In this document: one piece after another, positions 1 through 10,573 of the stretch | Position numbering within the stretch: position 1 is the stretch's first letter | Layout of the letters: each line of letters starts with the position of its first letter | Origin: Geosiphon pyriformis uo1 | Taxonomy: Eukaryota; Fungi; Glomeromycota | DNA: 64,000 bases | Direction of reading: 5' to 3' | NCBI GenBank assembly: GCA_016748015.1 | Contig: JAAOMT010000003.1 | Span: forward strand, 4,373 to 68,372 | Position numbers and translations under genes: made by a program | The notes under the pieces: generated by a model | What the model was told of the DNA's origin: nothing | The model's input: the letters and a program-made list of their open reading frames with translations, nothing else | Databases searched by the model: none

Positions 1-3000
1 TGTTTGTTTTCTCAAACTTAGTTAATGCTGTGGTGGATTGCAATATGTGTGGTATTGGGAAATTTTTTAATACTGATCATTGGGCTGTTTCTGTATTTGT
101 GGGCTTGGGTGGGCTTTTGGATGTGCAGTTGAACTCTCTTCACAAACAAGCAAATAGAGATTAGTAGAAGTTTGATTTCAAGGGTGCTGATGTCAATAAG
201 TGAGAAAATTTTAAAAATGTTATGTCAGTCAATACTAGAATGTTCTCCAATAAGATTGCTACTACTATCAAGCTCTCAAACCTAGATGCCATATAGAATG
301 TTTTATACAGGATTATAATGTTTTCGGCAAATGGGATATTTAGAAAGAAGTGGTTCAAGAATTTTGACAGTATGTTCACCAAAGTTTCTTCAAGGTTTCA
401 CAGGTTGGAACTTTTGGTTTCGAAAATTATTAAGGCCTCTCGTGAAGAAAGTAGTGTCAGTTTTATCTCTCTTATAAAGTGCTGGGACTCTTTGGATGAT
501 ATCAAAGCCTCAGTTATTTAGGATCTCATTAACTCTGATATGAATTCTAATTGTGTTCATTTTACTCTCTTTGGTATTAAGAAGTCATATTGTGCATCTA
601 AGCTTGCTAAATCTCTGGCAGCTAAGGAAGTGAACATTAAATTTGCTATAGATAGAAGAATAGAAAGCTTCAAGATGAATAAGAGTCATACTATTAGAAG
701 TGTTTTGAAGCATCCTTTCTGCAAAATGGTTCTGAACCACTTGGTTGTTGATGACAAACTTATTTTAGAGCCCAATTTGGTTAAATTTAAAGTAGACATT
801 ATTATGGAAAGATGGACCAGGAAGCGTAGTGTGATTGCTGATGTTTCTAATGTCTGGTTTTGTCAATATTGACCATTGAATTATGTTTTTGATAAAGTCT
901 TTTCTGGTGTAATGTATTCAGTCAAGTTTAATAAACTGCTTGATGTGATTTTTGATCTGCCTGATAGCAAAGCTGCTGATCTCTTGAGTATTACAAATGA
1001 GCTTTGGAAACATTGTGACAAGTCAATTTTGAATATGCTTTTAGTACTTTTAAACTTGTGTCTTTCTTACAAATCTGTGCTCAGAGCTTGGAAAGAGACT
1101 TGGGTCTTAATAATTCCTAAATCACATAAATGGGAGAGTGTTTTTATGAATACCTGTCCTATCACTTTGATCGAAACAGCTCATAAAATTTTTTCCAAGA
1201 TACTCTCTAATAGAATTTCTTTGACATACAGCACTTTTAGTGTTTTTTGTGAGAACAATTTTTTGGTTTTAAAAGGCATGATGATTCAGTCTTCTATTTT
1301 TACAGTTAGATCAGTGGTTGAGGATATGTTGAAAAAAAATTGGAAGCTCTGACTGGTTTTGCAGGATATGCAGAAAACATATGATTCAGTCAGCTGGGAA
1401 TATCTTGAGAAAAGTTTGGTCAAAATCAAGATGTGCAGCAGATTTATTCAGTTTTTTGGTAATATTTATAGGAATTATACCAACAAAATGATGACAGATT
1501 TTGGATTGACAGATAGTTATTATATACATAATGGTTTGGACCAAGAAAAAATATTCTTTCTTCTTTGTGGCATATATTTTATGATCCTCTGCTATGCAAA
1601 GTCAAGAAACAGAAAAATATATGCAGTTATAGGTTAAATTCTCATTTTATTTCAAAAAATAGTTGTGCTGAGTCCTCGGCTGGGCTCTTTTTTTTTTTTT
1701 GCTGCTGGTGCTTTTGTTGATGATACAATTTGAGTTGGCTGTAATTAGGCAGCTACTCAACATATTCTTAATATTGCAAGTGAATTTTTTCAGATAAATG
1801 ATATTTTTATCAATAATAACAAAACAGTAGCCATTCCCATCAATAGCAGAGTCAGTATTCCTTCTCTTTCTATCAATGGCTTGCCAATCTCCATTGCCAA
1901 AAAGGGTGAATCTCATCAATATTTGGGTATTTTTCTATTAATTGAAGGTCTATTAAAGCCTAGTTTAGTGAAGGTAAATTCGGATGTTCATTTTTTTACC
2001 AATCTAGTCTTGAAAAAAGCTGTTTCAGATAAGCAGTTCTTATATTTGATGTCAGCAGTTTTTTATTCTATAGTTAGTTATAGAACACAGTTCAGTTTTG
2101 TTCCCATTGGTACATGCAACAAGTGAGATGCTTTAATTTATAAGGGCTTGAAATTCAAATTCAGTCTACCTTTCAATTTTTTTAATGATACAATTTATTT
2201 CTTTTTATGGTTTGAAGTCTTTTGTTCAGGTTTAGTCTGAGAGCAAAGTAGTCTTCCTTATTAGTTTTGAAAACTCTGATGGCATCCTGGGTCATTTGTT
2301 CTCTTATAAATCCTATAACTTACAGGTTTTGTGCTGATACTCTGTTCATCTATTGAATTTTTCTGTGCATATTCATGTTAGTGCTTCTGATAACTTTCTG
2401 GCAGGCATGATTTACATTTTTTTTGATTGTGATTTGTTCTTGGGTGGCTCTTTGGCCAATCCTTTTCAATTTCATGGTGGAGTCCCTATGTCTGTTGTTT
2501 TGGGCAAGTTACAGTTTCTCAGGTTTTTCCCTTCTCTTTGATAATATGATATTGCTTTTGTGAATCAACTTTGTAATTATTGTGGTTCTGTTTTTGATTA
2601 GTACACTTTTAAGCATTGAAAGAGATTGGATTCTCATGGCTCTGTTCCTAAATAGTTCGAGCTTTCTGTTATGTTTCTAAATGGTAGAAGTCTATTTTCC
2701 ACTTGTCTGTCAGTTTTGGATAGTGTTGGTTCTTTGAACATTTTTGAATCTCAGAATTTTGTTTTTGTTCGTAATCATTTCTTGCAAATTGGTTCTAACA
2801 GTTTGTTGGTATATACAGATAGACCTTTTAATAATCTGGGCTCAATTGGCTGTAGAACTGGTGCTGCTGCCTTTTTCAAGAACATTGATTTGGGTTTGGG
2901 TGTTGGTGTGTCAGGTTTAATGTCATCCACTTTGGTGGAATTGCAGACTATAGCATTGGCTCTGGAGTGTGTTCCTCCTCTGTGCTCTGTTAATTTGTTT

Positions 3001-4219
3001 TCAGATAGTCAATCTGCTTTAGATGCTTGTAAGTCAGAATTGTCTGGTGTATTCTGACTTTTGTAATCAGTGTTGGGTCAAACATTATTATATTACCAAT
3101 GTTATTTGCAGTAAGAATTTAAAGGTCAGTTGGCATAAGATTAAAGGCCACTCTGGTGTTTTAGGAAATAAACACACTGATGCAATTGCTGGTGACACTT
3201 CTCTCTCTAATTAGTATTTTCCTTTTCACTTGGGTAAACACTTCATAAGAGCTGATGATGATGTGTTTTCTGGCAATTTCAGACGTTTTGTCCATGATAT
3301 TTATCATTCAGTTTGTTATACATGCTGGGAGGTTGGTTCTGGTTCCAGATTTTTGGTAAGCAGTTTGCTTTCTGAGGTTAACTGGTTCCATTTATCTTTG
3401 GTTTGGCACCCTAACTTGTACATAACTGCTGGTTTTACCAGTAGACCCTTAGCTAATACACATACTTATTTCATGAAGGCTTTGCACTATTGGCTGCCAG
3501 TTTCTGTTTGGAAGTGCTTTTATAATAGATTATATCCTAGTGTGTTGTGCTTATATTGTGGCAATATAGAAGCTTTGAATCATGTGTTTTTTTGTAAGAT
3601 TGATGATTCTGTTTGATGTTAGTTGTTGGAATCCTATGTGAACTCCTGGAAGGCAGTTTCTGGTTTTTTCATTTTTCTTTGGGCATACTACAACTATTGT
3701 CTTTATGTGTTTTTAACTCCTTTTTGTTTATGGCACTCTATAAGAGTTTCGTTTTTAATGATTGGTTTTGTGAAGTGGTCACCATTTTTCATGATCCCAA
3801 GATTGCTAATTTGGAGATTGTCAAATTTGTGCACTCACTTAGTCTTGCTTTTAAAAGTGATATCTGGTCAGTTTGTGTCAAACATTGTGCTTACATAGAG
3901 AAGAATGAGTTAATTCTTCTTGATGGTTTGGTTCTCATCTCAGTTTTTGGTTTGGCTTCAGGGTTGTTAGCTAAAGTGGTCAAATTGCTTGGCATTGCTG
4001 ATTCTTTTGGTGTTCATTTTGGCTTTCACAAATTTTGTTTATTTTTTTTAGGCATAAGTAACTTAGTTTCAGTTTATATAACTGCATAGTGTTGTTCTGA
4101 TCAGCCTAAGTGACTGGTCACATGTAAAAAATGCATGATTCACATCTAGTTTAGGTCATTTCTTTGATATATAGCATTAGATTGTGTTTGAACCTCACTC
4201 ATAAAGCAATAAAAAAAAA
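1..4219 (+). mobile_element. Degenerate non-LTR retrotransposon (L1-like, RNase H-bearing), copy A: ORF2 from late APE endonuclease to 3' UTR and poly(A)
   Basis: Fragmented ORFs give APE end (FFNTDHWAV), RT motifs (WKETWVLIIPK, PITLIETAHKI, QDMQKTYDSV, GAFVDDTI, YLGIFL), RNase H (VYTD...ELQTIALAL...FSDSQSAL...KIKGHSGVLGNKHTD) and C-terminal CLYC-x7-H-x3-C finger. Stop at 4087-4089, ~120-nt UTR, A-run at 4211-4219. Many stops and frameshifts. Confidence 0.93.
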
Positions 4220-4234
4220 TTTAAATTAAAAAGA

Positions 4235-4994
4235 CCAATTCTGGTTTTGATGTTGTTTCAGATATCATAATTAGGGAAGTAGATTAGAATATTACTCCAA
4301 AGATCTGGCATTCTAACTCTCAATGCTTTCTGAATTTACTAGCAGAAGCTCAGCCAATATGTATATTTATTTGATAAAAGCAATACATAGACAGTTGCTT
4401 ATAGCAGTCAGGAAAAAGTTATATAATAAGGACTATTCTAAGATACTGTGCTTGCTATGTGATAAGATGAAATTGTCTAATCATGTTTTTGCTTGTTCTG
4501 ATAATGTTGAACTTCATAAAAATATTCTGGCTAATGCTGCTAAAAGATGGGTATTATTAGCTGGTTTCTTTTGCTTACCTACATTGGCCATCTTGCATTT
4601 ACTTTCAATGTATTTATTGAATATAGGTCTGTTTATTACTATATCCAAGGGTTTTGTATTGAAAGATTAGTATGCTAAGACTGCATTAGTCTTTAAAGGG
4701 AAAAGAAAGACTGCTTTAGCTATTATTGAATATGTTAAGTTTGTGATTGAATTGTTTTATATTAAGGTGTAACTTATTAAGTTCAAGCATAAAGTGGACA
4801 TAGAAAAGACTAGTTTGGTTGAGAATGGTAGTGTGGTTTCAGACTTGTCTTATTGTTTAGGGTCTATGTTATCAGATGAAATGATTTGTTTGCTTAGTAT
4901 TATAGAATCTTTTGCTGTCAGTTTTGGTAGATGCAAAATGTGTTGTTTTTTTTCTGGTTTAGGTGATGATATTTTTGTTAGCATAGATACATAG
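4235..4994 (+). mobile_element. 3'-terminal ORF2 fragment of a diverged subfamily of the same LINE (copy C)
   Basis: YLIKAIHRQLLIAVRKKLYNKDYSKILCLLCDKMKLSNHVFAC aligns with copy A YFMKALHYWLPVSVWKCFYNRLYPSVLCLYCGNIEALNHVFFC. Ends at its stop codon (4992-4994) with no UTR. Confidence 0.85.
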
Positions 4995-7900
4995 TTTCAC
5001 AAAACCAATTATTAAAAACAAAACTCTTATAAAAAGCTATAGATACAGAGAAATTAGAGATACAAGATAACAACAGCTGTAATATATCTGAAAAAGAATG
5101 AAAGAGACCAGAAACTGCCTCCCAGGAATCCACATAAGATTTTAATAACCAACATTAAACAAATTTATTAATCTTACAAAAGAACACATGATCTGACACC
5201 TTTACATCACCACAATATTAGCACAACACACTAGAATAAAGTCTATTATAAAGGTGCTTCCGAATGGCAACTGGCAGCTAATGGTGCAAAGCTTTCATGA
5301 AGTAAGTATGTGTATCAGCTGAGGGTCTACTGGTAAAACTGGCAGTTATGTACAAGTCAGGGTGCCAAACCAAAGATAAATGGAACCAATTAACTTCAGA
5401 AAGCAAACTGCTTACTAAAAATCTGGAACCAGAACCAACCTCTTAGCATGTACGACAAACTGAATAATAAATATCATGGACAAAACGTCTGAAATTGCCA
5501 GAAAACACACCATCATCAGCTCTTATGAAGTGTTCACCCAAGTGAAAAAGAAAATACTAATTAGAGAGAAAAGTGTCACCAGCAATTGCATCAGTGTGCT
5601 TATTTCCTGAAACACCAGAGTGGTCTTTAATCTTATGCCAGCTGACCTTTAAATCCTTACTGCAAATAATATTGGTAATATAATAATGTTTGACCCAACA
5701 CTGATTACAAAAGTCAGAATACACCAGACCCAATTCTGACTTACAAGCATCTAAAGCAGATTGACTATCTGAAAACAAATTAACAGAGCACAGAGGAGGA
5801 ACACACTCCAGAGCCAATGCTATAGTCTGCAACTCCACCAAAGTGGATGACATTAAACCTGACACACCAACACCCAAACCCAAATCAATGTTCTTGAAAA
5901 AGGCAGCAGCACCAGTTCTACAGCCAATTGAGCCCAGATTATTAAAAGGTCTATCTGTATATACCAACAAACTGTTAGCACCAATTTGCAAGAAATGATT
6001 ACGAACAGAAACAAAATCCTGAGATTCAAGAATGTTCAAAGAACCAACACTATCCAAAACTGACAGACAAGTGGAAAATAGACTTCTACCATTTAGAAAC
6101 ACAACAGAAAGCTCGAACTATTTAGGAACAGGACCATAAGAGTCCAATCTTTTTCAATGCTTAAAAGTGTACTAATCAAAAACAGAACCACAATAATTAC
6201 AAAGTTGATTCACAAAAGCAATATTATATCATCAAAGAGAAGGGAAAAACCTGAGAAACTGTAACTTGTCCAAAACAACAGACATAGGGACTTCACCATG
6301 AAATTGAAAAGGATTGGCCAAAGAGCCACCCAAGAACAAATCACAATCAAAAAGAATGTAAACCATGCCTGTCAGAAAGTTATCAGAAGCACTAACATGA
6401 ATATGCACAGAAGAATTCAATAAATGAACAGAGTACCAGCACAGAACCTGTAAGTCATAGGATCTGTAAGAGAACAAATGACCCAGAATGCCACCAGAGT
6501 TTTCAAAACTAATGAGGAAGACCACTTTGCTCTCAGACTAAACCTGAACAAAAGACTTCAAACCATAAAAAGAAGGATAATAAATTGTATTACTAAAAAA
6601 ATTGAGAGGTAAACTGGATTTGAACTTCAAGCCTTTACAAATTAAAGCATCCCACTTGTTGCATATACCAATAGGAACAAAGCTTAACTAACTATAGAAT
6701 AAAGAACTGCTAACATCAAATATAAGAACTGCTTATCTGAAACAGCTTTTTTCAAGACTAGATTGGTAAAAAAATGAACATCCGAATTTACTTTCACTAA
6801 ACTAGGCTTTAATAGACCTTCAATTAATAGAAAAATACCCAAATATTGATAAGATTCACCCTTTTTGGCAATGGAGATTGGCAAGCTATTGATAAAAAGA
6901 GAAGGAATACTGACTCTGCTATTGATAGGAATGGCCACTGTTTTGTTATTATTGATAGAAATATTATTTATCTGAAAAAATTCACTTGCAATATTAAGAA
7001 TATGTTGAATAGCTGCCTAATTACAGCCAACTCAAATTGTATCATCAACAAAAGCACCAGCAGCAAAAAAAAAAAGAGTCCAGCCGAGGACTCAGCACAA
7101 CTATTTCTTGAAATAAAATGAGAATTTAATCTATAACTGCATATACTTTTCTGCCTCTTGACTTTACATAGCAGAGGATCATAAAATATATGCCACAAAG
7201 AAGAAAGAATATTTCCTCTTGATCCAAACCATCATGTATATGATAACTATCTGTTAATCCAAAATCTGTCATCATTTTGTTGGTATAATCCCTATAAATA
7301 TTACCAAAAAACTGAATAAACCTGCTGCACATCTTGATTCTCACCAAACTTTTCTCAAGATATTCCCAGCTGACTGAATCATATGCTTTCTGCATATCCT
7401 GCAAAACCAGTCAGAGCTTCCAATTTTTTTTCAACATATCCTCAACCACTAATCTAACTGCAAAAATAGAAGACTGAGTCATCATGCCTTTTAAAACCAA
7501 AAAATTGTTCTCACAAAAAACACTAAAAGTGCTGTATGTCAAAGAAATTCTATTAGAGAGTATCTTGGAAAAAATTTTATGAGCTGTTTCGATCAAAGTG
7601 ATAGGATAGGTATTCATAAAAACACTCTCCCATTTATGTGATTTAGGAATTATTAAGACCCAAGTCTCTTTCCAAGCTCTGAACACAGATTTGCAATAAA
7701 GACACAAGTTTAAAAATACTAAAAGCATATTCAAAATTGACTTGTCACAATGTTTCCAAAGCTCATTTGTAATACTCAAGAGATCAGCAGCTTTGTTATC
7801 AGGCAGATCAAAAATCACATCAAGCAGTTTATTAAACTTGACTGAATACATTACACCAGAAAAGACTTTATCAAAAACATAATTCAATGGTCAATATTGA

Positions 7901-8096
7901 CAAGACCAGACATCAGAAACATCAGCAATCACACCACGCTTCCTGGTCCATCTTTTCATAATAATGTCTACTTTAAATTTAACCAAATCGGGCTCTAAAA
8001 TAAGTTCGTCATCAACAACCAAGTGGTTCAGAACCATTTTGCAGAAAGGATGCTTCAAAACACTCCTAATAGTATGACTCTTATTCATCTTGAAGC
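4995..8096 (-). mobile_element. LINE copy B, ORF2 (RT + RNase H), inverted relative to copy A
   Basis: Minus-strand ORFs 7891-8088, 7411-7887, 7126-7404, 6232-6525 and 5557-6102 are near-identical to the + strand ORFs of copy A. Truncated at 4995 and cut at 8096 by the adapter. Confidence 0.93.
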
Positions 8097-8115
8097 CTGT
8101 CTCTTATACACATCT
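8097..8115 (+). other. Tn5 mosaic end / Nextera adapter contaminant (assembly artefact)
   Basis: Exact CTGTCTCTTATACACATCT at the point where LINE homology stops. The sequence after it duplicates 10446-10529. Confidence 0.97.
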
Positions 8116-8470
8116 TAACAATATATATAATTTAAAGTATAAAAAATATTTTGAAAGAAAAATTAGAGTTTTTAACTTTTATCAATAGCAAAATTAACAG
8201 CAAAACAATATTAATAACATTAAAAAAAGATAGAAAAATTTCTGATAATATTGATTTTTTTTGTGTTAAAACAGTATTTTATTTTATTTTTTTTAGTATT
8301 CACAACTCCAGCTAAACTACCAATTAGTTTTATAGTCACAAACAGATTTGTATTAAAATAAATAATTAATAATTTTATAAAAAATATAAAATATTAATTT
8401 AAAATTATTAAAACTTAAATATAAAAATATATTTAAAATAAAAAATTAAATAAGTATAAAAAATTATTAA

Positions 8471-8490
8471 NNNNNNNNNNNNNNNNNNNN
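8471..8490. other. Scaffold gap (20 N); further 20-N gaps at 10530-10549 and 44568-44587
   Basis: Runs of N. Confidence 0.99.
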
Positions 8491-10110
8491 CCAGCATCAA
8501 AAGAAGCCAACAAGAACACACAAAAAGGAAAGCCACTCACAACTTGAGCCCAAGTTTTTTTACCAAAAGATACTGGGCAGACAACTGGAATCTGCTTCTT
8601 CTTATAAATATTAGCCAAACAGACTTGATCTTGGGAAGACACTATCTACTTATGACAAATTCCAAAATTTCCACTAACTGAACACACATCAGAAATATGA
8701 CCAAATTGTTTACACTTGGCACAGCAAGCCAAAGAAAAACCAGCCCAGTGCAAATTAACACCCTTATAAACTAGAACAAAACCAATAGCAGCCAATTTAG
8801 ATGCCTCATTATCAAAACAGATCACTGCACATCTATTACAAACATATGAACCAGAATTATGGCCAATAAAACAAGTTTTCCCATCATAAGAATTTACCAA
8901 ATCCGACAAATTATGGGCAGTGATGCCAACTGGAAGTGTGTACAACAAAGCCCAATGATAATTTCTGGCTATTCACAATTCTCTGTTATTTAACGCCAAT
9001 ACAACATGAACAGAATTTTTACTTACAAGAACTGATCATTTAGAAGCAATCAAGCTAGCCACATCTGATGACTCAAATTTTACTAAAGCTTTTTGCCAAA
9101 GCCCAATTAGTTGTATCTTAATTGAAATTACCTGACCAAACTTAGAAAATACTAATTTAATTACTGATCTGAAAAGATTCACTGGGATCTTCTTGACTAT
9201 TACTTCTCAATCTAAACGGCTGTTTGGTTTCCTAATATCAACATTTACCAGAATTTTTTTACTGATCACTATTTCCTTGGTCTTAATTAAACTTAATTCG
9301 GACATAAAAGAAGATCTAATAATGTCTGGGAGTTTTAAAGGAGCAGATGCACTCCCAAAACCATTAACCCAATAGAAGATTTTTTTCACAGCAATCAACT
9401 TGTCACCAATAGTCTTGTCAGGCAAGACAGAAATTCCAATATTCAACGCAAATAACTTAACAAGATCAAAATTATACTTTTCTGATATATGTAATCTGAC
9501 AGAGTGTAATTTTTTGGAGTCTGCAAACTTAAGAGACTGGAAAGCCACCATATCATCATTATTGCTTAAAACATTAAACAAAGGAGTTTTTGGGAGTTAA
9601 CCAAGCACATATGTACAAGTGTGTGTTTTTCTGGAAGTAGTGTTATTCTCCATGTCATTGACCACAGAAGTGTCCGAGTTGGCATAACTAATTTCTTCAA
9701 TGATGGTATTTTTTATGTTCTCTAAGTCTGACAGACCACTCATGCTACTTGCCTTACTTTCCATTTCACTGTCCCAAGATTTTGAAAACTCACCATTAGT
9801 GTCACCAATATTGGTCAGACCTAGTGGGCTAGTAAACAAATCAACTACTTTGATATCAACTTTGGAATTCTTAGACTTCTTGTAAGATGTACTATGAGAG
9901 TACACACTATTAATCTTCTTTTTTTTTTGCATTAGACCAGATTTCCAGACTAGCAAAAATAGATTCAGAGCCATCAGCAACAGAACTTGTTAGTTCTATG
10001 TTCATGAATAAAAATACGTTTGAAGAAATAGTTGAAAATATAAAAAGAAAAGAGAGTGGAAAAAAACTTTTTCTTCAGCAATATCTCACTTTCATTGTAA
10101 CTGGAGGATT
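8491..10110 (-). mobile_element. LINE ORF1 (gag-like, RRM-like region + CCHC zinc knuckle) and 5' UTR, probably the 5' part of copy B
   Basis: CAKCKQFGHISDVC (CX2CX4HX4C) in ORF 8646-8948; contiguous fragments 9207-9581 and 9597-9980. The 5' UTR matches the + strand sequence at 33358-33440. Confidence 0.85.
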
Positions 10111-10573
10111 AATAAGAGAAAGATATATTTTTTTTTTTAATATTACTACTTTGAATTTATTTATTTTAAATTAATATTTTGAAATTTTTGGTTATAAATT
10201 TGAAATAATTTTCTTTAATTTATTTTTTTATTTTTTTCTTTAGTTTATATTTTTATATTTTTATTTTATATTATTTAAGTAACTTATAATTAAAATTTTT
10301 GTAAAAGAATTAATTTTTATAATAAAATAATTACATATTATTTAGAAAATTTACAAATAAGATTTTTTTATAAAAAAATTAACTTTTACTACAAAATAAT
10401 TACACAAAATAATTGGTATAGAATTAATTATTTTATTATAAATTTAACAATATATATAATTTAAAGTATAAAAAAATATTTTGAAAGAAAAATTAGAGTT
10501 TTTAACTTTTATCAATAGCAAAATTAACANNNNNNNNNNNNNNNNNNNNACCATAACAAACACGCAAAACACC

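Noticed and set aside
1-8096. Alternative genetic code or stop readthrough explaining the many TGA/TAG codons
   Set aside because: Stops arise at Trp/Gln/Arg codons by transitions and are accompanied by frameshifts; host genes use the standard code.
8097-8115. Horizontal transfer of a bacterial Tn5/IS50 end
   Set aside because: It is the synthetic mosaic-end sequence used in Nextera libraries, with no transposase and adjacent to gap-associated duplicated sequence.
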